A program made the translations under genes and the position numbers. Below the pieces are notes generated by a model. It worked only from the letters and a program-made list of their open reading frames with translations. It had not been told where the DNA came from and did no database searches. DNA of 22,462 bases, taken from positions 1-22,462 of the forward strand of contig JBCBJQ010000097.1 in the NCBI GenBank assembly GCA_038523235.1. The letters are read 5' to 3'. The DNA is from Cyanobacteria bacterium J06626_4 (lineage in GTDB: Bacteria; Cyanobacteriota; Cyanobacteriia; Phormidesmidales; Phormidesmidaceae). This document shows, piece by piece, positions 1 through 9,385 of this stretch. Position 1 is the stretch's first letter, and every line of letters begins with the position of its first letter.

Positions 1-339
1 AATGGGATTCGTAATCGAAAATCCTATTTTTCACTTTCCGTCTTATCAATACGCTTCATAAAAACCCTTGAACCGTTATAGTACAGGCAGTTTCAAGGTT
101 ATCTATGATTGATTTCAGGATCATTCCTATCCTCCAAAAGGCATAGTGTTTTATCAGAATCCTTTCATCTATAATTTTTTCTTATGCATGTATCCTCAAA
201 GGCCCTGTTCGCTATTGAGAATTGGGTTCTACGTTGAATTTGACTGGGCCTATTTGCATCATTATCAGCCCTGACAAAACCCTCTAAAATCAGATTAGCT
301 TTGGCTGTAATGTCACCCTCTGAAGGAGCGATCGCAGCG

Positions 340-1374
340 ATGGGTTTTGACGAGAGAATCGGGCAGCCAGTACGCGTTGGGTTAGTCGGCACGGGCTTTG
401 TCGCCAAGGTGAGAGCGGCGGCGTTTAATGCCGATGACCGAGCCCAGGTGGTGGCCGTATCGGGGCATCGGGTTGAGACGGCTCACACGTTTGCTCAGAC
501 CCATACCATTCCAACGGTCTGCCCCACTTGGCAAGACTTAGTAGCGCATGCGGCGGTCGATCTGGTTGTCGTTTGTAACCTCAACTGCGACCACGGCCCC
601 GTCGTGCATGCCGCCCTGATGGCCGGGAAGGCCGTGGTGGTGGAATATCCGCTAGCGCTCTGCCCAGACGAAGCCCAGCGGGCGATCGCCCTGGCTCAAC
701 AGCAGAATCTGCTGCTCCACGTGGAGCACATTGAGCTGTTAGGGGGCCTGCACCAAGCGATGATGGCCCATTTGCCGCAAGTGGGGACCCCCCACTATGT
801 GCGCTACGCCACCGCCGTCCCCCAAAATCCGGTGCCGCAAAAATGGACTTTTTGCGTCGAGCAGTTTGGCTTTCCCCTGGTGGCTGCACTGTCGCGGGTG
901 CATCGTCTGACCAATCTATTTGGCGCGGTGGATGAGGTATTCTGCCAGCTGCAGTATGACGATCGTGCCGCAGCCGATTTCACAGGATATTTCAAACAGT
1001 GCCGCTGTACCGCTCAGTTGCGATTTGCTAACGGGGTGATCGCCGAAGTGCTCTACGCCAAAGGAGAACAGACTTGGCGATCGCAACGGTGGATGGAAGT
1101 CGAAGGCGATCGCGGCGCCTTAACCTTTGATCGGGAAGCTGGCACCTTGATCACAACGGCGGGTGAAATGCCCATTGAAGTCGGCTCCCGCCGGGGTCTG
1201 TTTGCCCAAGACACCGCTAGTGTGCTGGATACACTTTTGGAAGGCAAACCGCTCTATGTGACCCTCGCCGAGAGTCTCTATGCGTTGCAGGTGGCAACGG
1301 CAGCGGCCACGTCAGCGCAAACGGGTCGCAGCGTGCGAGTTGAAGCGCCATATCCCAAGCTGGTGAGCCGCTGA
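340..1374 (+). CDS. bvdR: Biliverdin reductase (Gfo/Idh/MocA family oxidoreductase)
   Basis: Rossmann VGLVGTG; VVEYPLAL (EYP instead of the usual Gfo EKP), LLHVEHIELLGG, FGFPLVAALSR, YAKGE and VGSRRGLF closely match cyanobacterial BvdR as I recall it. Start set at ATG 340 (AAGGAG at 323-328) rather than TTG 301. Confidence 0.85.
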   Translation: MGFDERIGQPVRVGLVGTGFVAKVRAAAFNADDRAQVVAVSGHRVETAHTFAQTHTIPTVCPTWQDLVAHAAVDLVVVCNLNCDHGPVVHAALMAGKAVVVEYPLALCPDEAQRAIALAQQQNLLLHVEHIELLGGLHQAMMAHLPQVGTPHYVRYATAVPQNPVPQKWTFCVEQFGFPLVAALSRVHRLTNLFGAVDEVFCQLQYDDRAAADFTGYFKQCRCTAQLRFANGVIAEVLYAKGEQTWRSQRWMEVEGDRGALTFDREAGTLITTAGEMPIEVGSRRGLFAQDTASVLDTLLEGKPLYVTLAESLYALQVATAAATSAQTGRSVRVEAPYPKLVSR

Positions 1375-1410
1375 TTGCCCCATGGAGTGCGGCGCGCCCA
1401 TTTAGCGCTG

Positions 1411-1468
1411 GCCCCTTTGCTGAGGACATCTAGGAGCACTCTAATCCTCAGCGCATCGGCAAAGGGGC
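1411..1468. terminator. Nested hairpin between convergent genes (possible bidirectional terminator or 3' stabiliser)
   Basis: GCCCCTTTGC (1411-1420) pairs perfectly with GCAAAGGGGC (1459-1468), with an inner TGAGGA/TCCTCA stem. No clear U-tract. Confidence 0.4.
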
Positions 1469-1654
1469 TCCGCAGACTGGTTCTAACTGAACTGACACAA
1501 CTGCTCTCCCCCTATTAACGATAACTGAGGGTTTAGGAGCACGTTTCAGGGGGCACGGTCGGCAATAGTCCAAGGGTAGAGAGACTGCTGTCAGGCGGGG
1601 CTGGAGATGTCGGCAAAGCCACCGGATCCACCTGGCCAGCGTTAGGCTCGGGGA

Positions 1655-2869
1655 TTATTTCTGCACGTTGGTCACCCGCCAGTTGAGCTTTAGGTTAACG
1701 CCAAAGTTCCACAGGGTGACGAGGGCGATCGCCACCAGCTTAGCCAGGTAGGCATTGACTCCAAACAGGTTAAACAAAATATTGACGATCAGGGTATTGA
1801 GCACCAGCCCCGCCAAGCAAATCAGGTTGAACTTGAGCCAGCGCTGGAGGCGGCACTGCCAGCCCCGTTGCCGCTGCGATAAGTCCGCAAACGTCCAGGC
1901 ATCGTTCCACAAAAAGTTATTAAGAATGGCCACTTCGGCCGACAAGACATTGCTCGTCGTGAGGCCAACGCCCCATTGGCTGAACAACAGATAAAACACG
2001 GAGTAATCTACCAATAGGCCACTGAAGCCCACCAGGGCAAATTGGCCAAAGCGGCGCAGGGGCAGGCTCAAGCGTCGTTTGGGCAGCCGCCGATGCAGCC
2101 GCAACCGCAGTAAATGCTGTAGATAGTCAAGATAGTGCCGCCAGCTGACCTTGCTCTCACCCACCGTGCGCTCTTGAAAGACGTAGCCGACTTCGGCAAT
2201 GTGTTGAATGTGGCCCCGCCCTAAGACCTCCAGCAGAATTTTGTACCCTCTAGGGTTGAGCATTGGCCCCGCGATCGCCTCTCGCCGGACTAAGAAATAG
2301 CCACTCATGGGATCAGACACGCGCCCCACCACGTCGGGCAGCACAACGAGCCCCAAAATCTGAGCGCCGCGCGAGAGGGTGCGTCGTAGCAGGCTCCACT
2401 CGCTGACGCCCCCGCCCTCGACATGACGACTGGCTAGGGCCAGATCAGTGCCCTGCTGCATTTTGGCCAGCAGCTGCAGCAAAATCTCGGGGGGATGCTG
2501 CAGGTCAGCATCGATGACGCCCAAAATCTGCCCGTCGGCGACTTGCCAACCGCGAATTACCGCTGACGACAGGCCGCTCTCCGCCTGTCGGCGCATCACT
2601 CGCAAGGCGGGGTAGCAGCGGGTCAGCTGCAGCCCCAACTCCCAAGTGCCGTCAGGACTGTCATCATCGACCACGATCAACTCGTAGTTGCCGCCGAGAC
2701 GACGATCCAGTAGCTGGGTCAGCTGCTCGACCAGCGGCTCCAAGTTGTGACGCTCTTTAAAGGTCGGAATCACCAGGGAAAGCCAGGGGCCAGTGGTGGG
2801 GAGCGATCGCGCCGCGATTCGCAAAGCGCCCTGGGGAGCCGCTAGGGGAGCCAACAAATTCCGAGTCAT
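1655..2869 (-). CDS. Polyprenol-phosphate glycosyltransferase (GT2, DPM1-like) fused to a C-terminal GtrA-family membrane domain
   Basis: LSLVIPTFKE, IVVDDDSPDGT, IDADLQHPP (DxD), VSDPMSGYF, GYKILLE; C-terminal FALVGFSGLLVD...NNFLWNDAWTF...WNFGVN with about 4 hydrophobic helices (GtrA). Confidence 0.9.
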   Translation of the reverse strand: MTRNLLAPLAAPQGALRIAARSLPTTGPWLSLVIPTFKERHNLEPLVEQLTQLLDRRLGGNYELIVVDDDSPDGTWELGLQLTRCYPALRVMRRQAESGLSSAVIRGWQVADGQILGVIDADLQHPPEILLQLLAKMQQGTDLALASRHVEGGGVSEWSLLRRTLSRGAQILGLVVLPDVVGRVSDPMSGYFLVRREAIAGPMLNPRGYKILLEVLGRGHIQHIAEVGYVFQERTVGESKVSWRHYLDYLQHLLRLRLHRRLPKRRLSLPLRRFGQFALVGFSGLLVDYSVFYLLFSQWGVGLTTSNVLSAEVAILNNFLWNDAWTFADLSQRQRGWQCRLQRWLKFNLICLAGLVLNTLIVNILFNLFGVNAYLAKLVAIALVTLWNFGVNLKLNWRVTNVQK

Positions 2870-3080
2870 TAACCAAGCAGATGGAGAACATTGAGCAACT
2901 ATAGTTGACCGGGGCTCCGGGAAAACAGCCCCCGTTCCACTTCTTGCCGGTGCCCGCCCCTTGGGAACATCTGTCTACCCCCCATTCAGATGTAGAACAG
3001 GAGTGACGTTTCTCCTCGGGAGGGTTTTTCCTAATCGATGGGAGAAAGCACTGGCTATCTGGCTCACGAACTCAGATGAT

Positions 3081-4586
3081 TTATTCCACCGTGAAGGAAT
3101 ATCGTAGCGGGCGCGCCGAATTAGTGCCTAAAAACACAATGAGATCATAATTGCCCGCTTCATATCCCGCTTCGCCAGCCGTCAACGTATACAAATAGGT
3201 GCCCGTGTCAGGCGTCACATCGACCGTGCCAGAGGCGATTTCAACAAAGGGAGTGCTCTGCTCCGGCGAGTAGCGCCAGATAAATGTGAGGGGCAAGTTA
3301 CCTTCAGGACGAGTAAAGCGGCTACCGATTTCAACATCGGCATTGACGGTTTGAGTACCCACAGCAAAACTGCTTTGAGCGTCCCCACAGCGATCGCTCT
3401 GCTTCGCTTCCAGTTCATCTGGCCCCTGTTCACTGATGATGGCCTCATATTCCTCAGGCGTCAGGGTCTTCTCACACACCTTGAGACTCGATAGCTGAGT
3501 CGTGTCATCCGACAGTGTGCCGCTAGCCGCTGAGGCCAAAGTGTCAGAACTCGGCCAAACGGCAAACGTGTCAGTTTGGGCTAAAAAATCTTGAGACGTA
3601 GACGAGAGGCTCACTTCATAGCTACCCACCGCCAGAGAGGGCAACGACACCTCTGCCTTAAACCCTGTCGCACCGGGACTCAGCGTTGTCGAAACCGTAT
3701 TTAAAACACTGCTGCTACCGGGCATGGACACATAGCTGATGCCCACCGTCACGGGAATCTCCGAGCGAATATGTTGGGGGGCTCCCGTCACATAGATCGT
3801 CTCAACAGAATCCTCGACATAGTGACCGTCACTGCTCGCACAGGTGTCTTGTGCTAGAGCGCTGCACACTGCGACGCTGTTGAGTCGGGGCGGGTTGCCA
3901 ATCAGCTCAAAAGCGCCGGTGACGTCGTCGTCTCCCGCGACAATATCGATACTGTAGGCCCCGATCGGGAGGCTAGCTAGCGGCAGCTCAAATTGAGCCT
4001 GGCCGTCGGTGAGACCCTGAGTAGCAGTGTAAACGACCGCATTCCCGTCACTGGTGTCAGGGGCGGCTGCCGCTGGGGCCTCAGGGTCTGTCGCCTCGCC
4101 GTCTGCCGCTACCGGATCGTCAGCGGGCGGGGTTTCGTCGTCTGCGTTGGCTGCCTCGGTGTCTGCCGCCTCGGCGCTGTCATCGAGCCCGACATAGGTC
4201 AACTCCAGAGTGGCGTCTTGTCCGGCTGAGGCGTTGGGGAGCCGAGCCACGACGTAGGCCGACTCGGCTTGATCCACATTCAATTCTGATTCATGTTGGG
4301 CACATTTACCTTCTACAGGCGCCTGACAGAGTTGAGCTTTAGCACTCGCGGGAGTCATCATCAACGCGACAATCGTGAGGATGAATCCAGCCAGGAGTTT
4401 CAACGCCTTGGGTGTCAGAAAAGCCAATTTGGTTTCAAGCTTTCTTTGAATGGGGGGAAACACCACCACGAATGCCAAGATGGCTACCAGGGCCACTAAG
4501 ATTTGGCCGTTGATCAGACCAGCTAAAATAACGCTCCCCGCGAAGAGCGAAAATATCCATTGCAGAACTGTTAGTAAGAATTTCAT
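3081..4586 (-). CDS. Hypothetical membrane-anchored protein with about 3 N-terminal TM helices and three beta-rich Cys-pair repeats
   Basis: 501-aa ORF with ATG start; hydrophobic residues 1-80 followed by an acidic, Ser/Thr/Val-rich soluble region with internal repeats. Confidence 0.85.
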   Translation of the reverse strand: MKFLLTVLQWIFSLFAGSVILAGLINGQILVALVAILAFVVVFPPIQRKLETKLAFLTPKALKLLAGFILTIVALMMTPASAKAQLCQAPVEGKCAQHESELNVDQAESAYVVARLPNASAGQDATLELTYVGLDDSAEAADTEAANADDETPPADDPVAADGEATDPEAPAAAAPDTSDGNAVVYTATQGLTDGQAQFELPLASLPIGAYSIDIVAGDDDVTGAFELIGNPPRLNSVAVCSALAQDTCASSDGHYVEDSVETIYVTGAPQHIRSEIPVTVGISYVSMPGSSSVLNTVSTTLSPGATGFKAEVSLPSLAVGSYEVSLSSTSQDFLAQTDTFAVWPSSDTLASAASGTLSDDTTQLSSLKVCEKTLTPEEYEAIISEQGPDELEAKQSDRCGDAQSSFAVGTQTVNADVEIGSRFTRPEGNLPLTFIWRYSPEQSTPFVEIASGTVDVTPDTGTYLYTLTAGEAGYEAGNYDLIVFLGTNSARPLRYSFTVE

Positions 4587-4843
4587 TAGTAATGTTTGAA
4601 TAATTCATCATGAGCGGTCTCGGGTGCAGCACCCACCAGCCGGTATATGCCCACCATGGTTTACGGCCAGGCCGGGCAGTCCAGATCGATTCCCCGGGAC
4701 CGCGATTAGTGTTGGACAGCCCCCCGCGAAACTAGTGGACGTGTTACAAAAATTTAGCCCTCTGGCCTGCTGTTTTTTGTCACCCTGCCTCGTTGATGGG
4801 CAGGCGATCGCCGTCGCTCACGATTTGGATAAATTGCTTGCCC

Positions 4844-5827
4844 CTATGGCTCTGAAGCAGACGGCTGGGGCGACAGACTTTGCTGAAATCGACAGTGACC
4901 CATGGCCAAATCAAACACATGGAAGCCGTATTCCTGAGACAGCGCTTCGAACACCTTGAGGCCGCGCACACTATTGCCGTTGCTATCCAGCAGCGGCGAA
5001 TAGACCGCGATACCGGCCTGGTTCGGGACTACCGCCATCAGCCCGCCAGAGACCCCGCTTTTCGCCGGGAGGCCGACGCGAAAGGCCCATTCACCGGCAA
5101 AGTTATACATGCCGCAGGTGTACATGACGCTGAGAATATCGCGCACGTATTGGGGCTGCAGCACCTGCTCGCCGGTAAGCGGATGCTGACCCTGATTGGC
5201 TAACGCCGCCGCCATCGTGGCCAAATCGCGACCGGTGACCAGCAGCGCACACTGTTGAAAGTAGAGATCGAGGGAGGCTTCTAAATTTTCATCAATCATG
5301 CCGAAGTTAAGCATCAGGTGGGCGATCGCGCGGTTGCGGTGCCCGGTAGCTCGCTCGGATAAAAAGGTCGCAATATCCACGTACACGTCGCGCCCGACAT
5401 AGCGTTGAAACATGGCCAGCAGGCGATTGAGGCGATCCGTCGGGTTCTCCCCTTTAATTAGGCTGGTGGTGGCGATCGCCCCCGCGTTAATCATGGGATT
5501 TTCGGGTCGGTGGGAGGTTTCGTCGAGACGAATCAGCGAGTTGAAGGGGTCGCCGGTGGGCTCGACGCCCACTTTTTCGAGCAGGCGATCGCGACCCCAA
5601 TCTTCCAGCGCCATGCCGTAGACGAACACCTTGGAGATCGACTGAATGGTGAACTGCTGATCAACATCACCCGAATGAAAGCTACGGCCATCAGTAGTGA
5701 CGACACTAATGCCAAAGTAATCAGGATTTGCCTTAGCCAGCTCGGGAATATAACTGGCCACCTGACCCCGATTTAGGTCGCGATATTGCTGATGCAGTTG
5801 GTCTAAAAAAGCTTGAATGTCGGGCAT
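4844..5827 (-). CDS. glsA: Glutaminase A
   Basis: [23 protein letters not shown] (SxxK), [60 protein letters not shown] are all glutaminase signatures. Confidence 0.95.
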   Translation of the reverse strand: MPDIQAFLDQLHQQYRDLNRGQVASYIPELAKANPDYFGISVVTTDGRSFHSGDVDQQFTIQSISKVFVYGMALEDWGRDRLLEKVGVEPTGDPFNSLIRLDETSHRPENPMINAGAIATTSLIKGENPTDRLNRLLAMFQRYVGRDVYVDIATFLSERATGHRNRAIAHLMLNFGMIDENLEASLDLYFQQCALLVTGRDLATMAAALANQGQHPLTGEQVLQPQYVRDILSVMYTCGMYNFAGEWAFRVGLPAKSGVSGGLMAVVPNQAGIAVYSPLLDSNGNSVRGLKVFEALSQEYGFHVFDLAMGHCRFQQSLSPQPSASEP

Positions 5828-5970
5828 AGCAGGACGTCACCAAACGCGCGAAAATGATAGCCTCGCAGGGGCTGCTTGCCAAACCATATCAGCTTGCCAG
5901 GGGTCATTCTGCCTGCAATCTAGAATTTATTCGGTGGTGAAATATCCCCCCACAGCAACAGGCAACCCGC

Positions 5971-5976
5971 TACAAT
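5971..5976 (+). promoter_or_regulatory. Putative -10 element for mtnP
   Basis: TACAAT about 30 nt upstream of ATG 6006 in the divergent glsA/mtnP intergenic region. Confidence 0.35.
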
Positions 5977-6005
5977 CAACGGCGTTGAGCAAGACGGGCT
6001 TCTCC

Positions 6006-6881
6006 ATGGCAGCACAAGCAAAAATCGGCATCATCGGCGGCAGCGGGCTCTACAAAATGGAGGCGCTCACTGAGGTGGAGGAAGTGTCGGTGGAGACGCC
6101 CTTTGGCCCGCCATCTGACGCCCTGATCGTCGGCACATTGGAGGGAGCAAGGGTCGCCTTTTTAGCCCGCCACGGTCGCCATCACACCCTGATGCCGTCA
6201 GAGTTGCCCTTTCGGGCCAACATCTACGCGATGAAGCAGCTCGGGGTGGAATACCTGATTTCGGCATCGGCGGTGGGTTCTCTCAAGGCTGCCGCCAAAC
6301 CGCTAGACATGGTGGTGCCCGATCAGTTCATCGATCGCACCAAAAACCGCGTTTCTACCTTTTTTGGCGAGGGCATTGTCGCCCACATTGCCTTTGGCGA
6401 CCCGGTCTGTGGGAAGTTGGCTCAAGTGATTGCCGATGCCGCGACGCAGCTCAATTTGCCCGATGTCACTCTGCATCGCGGCGGCACCTACGTCTGTATG
6501 GAAGGCCCGGCCTTTTCGACCAAGGCGGAGTCGAACCTCTATCGCAGTTGGGAGGCGACGGTGATTGGTATGACGAATTTGCCGGAGGCCAAACTGGCCC
6601 GCGAGGCTGAAATCGCCTACGCCACCCTGGCGCTGGTGACCGATTACGATTGCTGGCACCCTGACCATGACAGCGTCACCGTCGAGATGGTGATTGGCAA
6701 CCTGCAGAAAAACGCCCAAAATGCCCAGGATGTCATTCGCGCTGTGGTGCGATCGCTAGCAACTTCACCGCCCCCATCCGACGCCCACGACGCCCTGAAA
6801 TACGCCATCATTACCCCCCTTGACCAAGCGCCCGAGGCGACTCTAGAGAAGCTTGACCTGCTACTGAAAAAGTACCGTTAG
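6006..6881 (+). CDS. mtnP: S-methyl-5'-thioadenosine phosphorylase
   Basis: [77 protein letters not shown]. Start set at ATG 6006; the upstream extension overlaps glsA. Confidence 0.95.
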   Translation: MAAQAKIGIIGGSGLYKMEALTEVEEVSVETPFGPPSDALIVGTLEGARVAFLARHGRHHTLMPSELPFRANIYAMKQLGVEYLISASAVGSLKAAAKPLDMVVPDQFIDRTKNRVSTFFGEGIVAHIAFGDPVCGKLAQVIADAATQLNLPDVTLHRGGTYVCMEGPAFSTKAESNLYRSWEATVIGMTNLPEAKLAREAEIAYATLALVTDYDCWHPDHDSVTVEMVIGNLQKNAQNAQDVIRAVVRSLATSPPPSDAHDALKYAIITPLDQAPEATLEKLDLLLKKYR

Positions 6882-6898
6882 TCAAGTGAACTACGCTT

Positions 6899-7231
6899 TC
6901 AATCTGACTCTAGCTGAGCCACCCGCTCTTCGAGCTGCCGCAGATCTTGCCTGATCTCGATTGCCAACGTGGCCAAATTATCAAACTGTTCTTCCAGCGA
7001 TAGCTCGTCAAGGCCGTCGACGGGACTGGCCGGTAACGTGGGTGGCGGCAGCGAGCGGCCTGACACCTGGGCTTCTAGGCGCGTGATTTGAGATCGCACC
7101 CGCGACAGTTCCGATTCCAGGCGATCTACCCGCGATTCCAGGCGAATATTTGAGCCTTGAGCGAGACCGCTGACCGCGAAGCCCAGCCAACACAGCAATC
7201 CGCATATCACCAGCAATAGACTTCTTTTCAT
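6899..7231 (-). CDS. Hypothetical exported coiled-coil protein
   Basis: Start at ATG 7231 gives a Sec-like signal (MKRSLLLVICGLLCWLGFAVSGLA) then two heptad segments separated by a Pro-rich linker; begins 8 nt after the upstream gene's stop. Confidence 0.75.
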   Translation of the reverse strand: MKRSLLLVICGLLCWLGFAVSGLAQGSNIRLESRVDRLESELSRVRSQITRLEAQVSGRSLPPPTLPASPVDGLDELSLEEQFDNLATLAIEIRQDLRQLEERVAQLESD

Positions 7232-7239
7232 GTCAATTT

Positions 7240-7665
7240 CTAGTTCTGAATAGCTGGGGTCAGCGTGCGGACGATCGCGACGCGGCCATAGCGCGGGTCG
7301 ATCTCTAAGCCCCACACCTGCACCGGTGGCTGACTGGGGTGAATTGTGGATGTCGTCGATTCGCCGGGACTCAACGTCAGACAGGCGTCGAACACCGATT
7401 TGCGGAGTTCCAATGGCAAAAAGGCGGTTTCGCCCATTGTCAGCGCTGCCTCGTTTTGAAACGACAGCTTGCCCTCATGGTTAAGGATGCCAGCCGCAGC
7501 CGGACATTCACCACAAAAGCTGACGGCCAAAAACCAGCGGGCATCGGCGATGCGATCGAACACGCGAGCCGGTTTCGGGTGTTGTAAAACTCGGTAGCCG
7601 CCCTGAACCGAAATGATCGTGCCGTCTAAAAAACCACAGACCATCCCCATCGCTGGGTCGTCCAT
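7240..7665 (-). CDS. Hypothetical protein with a PAS-like C-terminal segment
   Basis: ATG 7665 preceded by GGGAGG; co-oriented between mmsA and the coiled-coil gene; PAAAGILNHEGKLSFQNEAALTMG resembles the start of a PAS fold. Confidence 0.7.
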   Translation of the reverse strand: MDDPAMGMVCGFLDGTIISVQGGYRVLQHPKPARVFDRIADARWFLAVSFCGECPAAAGILNHEGKLSFQNEAALTMGETAFLPLELRKSVFDACLTLSPGESTTSTIHPSQPPVQVWGLEIDPRYGRVAIVRTLTPAIQN

Positions 7666-7767
7666 TTCGTCCTCCCTGCTGCGCAAGCGGTTCAGCCGAT
7701 TCTAGCAAGCAGTGACTGGGTTCGTATTAGGAGCGATCTCTACTCCCCCTCCACCCGTTCGTCCGGT

Positions 7768-9243
7768 TTAGAACTGACGACTCCATTCCTTGGGCCAGCG
7801 CTCGACCACCACCTTCGTTTGCGTAAAGAATTCCACTGCATGGGCGCTCTGCCCGTGCAGATCACCAAAGAAACTCTCCTTCCAACCGCTGAAGGGAAAG
7901 AACGCCATCGGCGCGGCCACCCCAATGTTGATGCCAATGTTGCCCGCTTCCGCCTCATAGCGAAACTTGCGCGCCGCTGCCCCACTGCTAGTAAACAGAC
8001 AGGCCATGTTGCCCCAAGGACTTTGGTTGACCAGCGCGATCGCCTCGTCAATGGTTTCCACATGCATCAGGCCGAGCACGGGGCCAAAGATTTCCGTGCG
8101 GGCGATTTCGCCCTCGGTGGGCACGTCTTGCAGCACCGTGGGTCGGACAAAGTGCCCTTGTTCCAAGCCTGCAATATCGGGCTGGCGACCATCCACCAGT
8201 ACCTTGGCCCCTTCGTCCGCCCCCGTTTGAATCAGAGACTCAACCCGCGCTTGGCTCTGCGCGGTAATCACCGGCCCCATTTGCACGTCAGCGTCCAGAC
8301 CGTTGCCGGTAATACGACTCGCCGCCGTGGCTGCGATCGCCTCAGTAAAGTCGGCCCGAGCTTCGCCCACGGTCACCGCTAGCGAAGCGGCCAAACAGCG
8401 CTGCCCGGCACAGCCAAAGGCACTATCGGCCACGATGCGGGTGGTCATCTCCATATCCGCATCGGGCAGCACAATCACGGGATTTTTGGCTCCGCCCTGA
8501 CACTGCACCCGTTTGCCATTAGCGGCGGCTTGGGCGTAGATGTACCGCGCCACGGGCGATGAGCCCACAAAGCTAATGGCTCGAATGTCGGGATGCTGCA
8601 AAATCGCGTCCACCGTCTCTTTCGCGCCATTTACCAAATTCACCACACCGGGCGGAAAGCCTGACTGGTCGATCAGGTCAAAAATTTTCTGCATCGTCAG
8701 GGGCACTTTTTCCGACGGCTTGACAAGGTAGGTGTTGCCGCAGGCAATCGCGTAGGGCATAAACCAAAACGGAATCATGGCGGGAAAGTTGAAGGGGGCG
8801 ATCGCCGCCGCGACGCCCAGCGGCTGCCGCACCATAAATTCATCAATGCCGCGAGCAATGTCTTCCGAATAAGTGCCCTGCATCAGGGTGGGAATGCCGC
8901 AGGCCACTTCCACATTTTCAATCGCGCGCTGTAGCTCGCCCCGCGACTCTTTCAGAGTTTTGCCACACTCTTGAGTGATTAGCCGCGCGATGTTATCTGC
9001 CGCCATCTCAAGCAAATCCTTGAGCCGAAACAGACATTGCACGCGCTCCGTCGGTGGCACCCGCCGCCAGGTCTGAAAGGCTTGCACCGCCGCCGCCGTT
9101 GCCTGTTCCACTTCGCTAGCGGGCGACAGGGGTACCTGGGCCAACACGTCTGCCGTCGCCGGATTCACGATCGGCTGTTGTTCGCTAGCGCTCGAAAGCT
9201 GCCATTCGCCATTGATGTAGTTTTTTAGCAAAAATTCAGACAT
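7768..9243 (-). CDS. mmsA: CoA-acylating (methyl)malonate-semialdehyde dehydrogenase
   Basis: ALDH fold with [42 protein letters not shown] (catalytic Cys), [33 protein letters not shown]. Start ATG 9243 with GGAGAG RBS. Confidence 0.9.
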   Translation of the reverse strand: MSEFLLKNYINGEWQLSSASEQQPIVNPATADVLAQVPLSPASEVEQATAAAVQAFQTWRRVPPTERVQCLFRLKDLLEMAADNIARLITQECGKTLKESRGELQRAIENVEVACGIPTLMQGTYSEDIARGIDEFMVRQPLGVAAAIAPFNFPAMIPFWFMPYAIACGNTYLVKPSEKVPLTMQKIFDLIDQSGFPPGVVNLVNGAKETVDAILQHPDIRAISFVGSSPVARYIYAQAAANGKRVQCQGGAKNPVIVLPDADMEMTTRIVADSAFGCAGQRCLAASLAVTVGEARADFTEAIAATAASRITGNGLDADVQMGPVITAQSQARVESLIQTGADEGAKVLVDGRQPDIAGLEQGHFVRPTVLQDVPTEGEIARTEIFGPVLGLMHVETIDEAIALVNQSPWGNMACLFTSSGAAARKFRYEAEAGNIGINIGVAAPMAFFPFSGWKESFFGDLHGQSAHAVEFFTQTKVVVERWPKEWSRQF

Positions 9244-9385
9244 GACTCTCCGTTGGGCACCCACAGCCTTTAGTGAACCACAGACAGCCTAGTACACAAG
9301 AGGCTGGGGAGCGAGAGGGCGAGGGAGCTGGGAGGCAGGGCGATCGCCCTGTGGCTTGATCGCCAACTCACAACATGAGCGATCG

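Noticed and set aside
301..339. TTG-started N-terminal extension of bvdR
   Set aside because: ATG 340 has a good RBS and fits the expected length of the family.
1530..1654. Possible frameshifted C-terminal tail of the GT2-GtrA gene (IPEPNAGQVDPVALP...)
   Set aside because: The GtrA domain is complete before the stop codon and there is no slippery site; a short open frame is expected by chance.
4624..4959. 111-aa plus-strand ORF
   Set aside because: Overlaps the glsA 3' end antisense, has a GTG start without RBS and no motif.
5817..6005. 63-aa N-terminal extension of mtnP in the ORF track
   Set aside because: It overlaps the divergent glsA start and spans the promoter region; family similarity starts at [12 protein letters not shown].
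7819..8382. 187-aa antisense ORF inside mmsA, and similar shadow ORFs inside glsA, the CapA gene, the serine hydrolase and gatA
   Set aside because: Expected antisense open frames in GC-rich coding DNA; they lie opposite well-supported genes.
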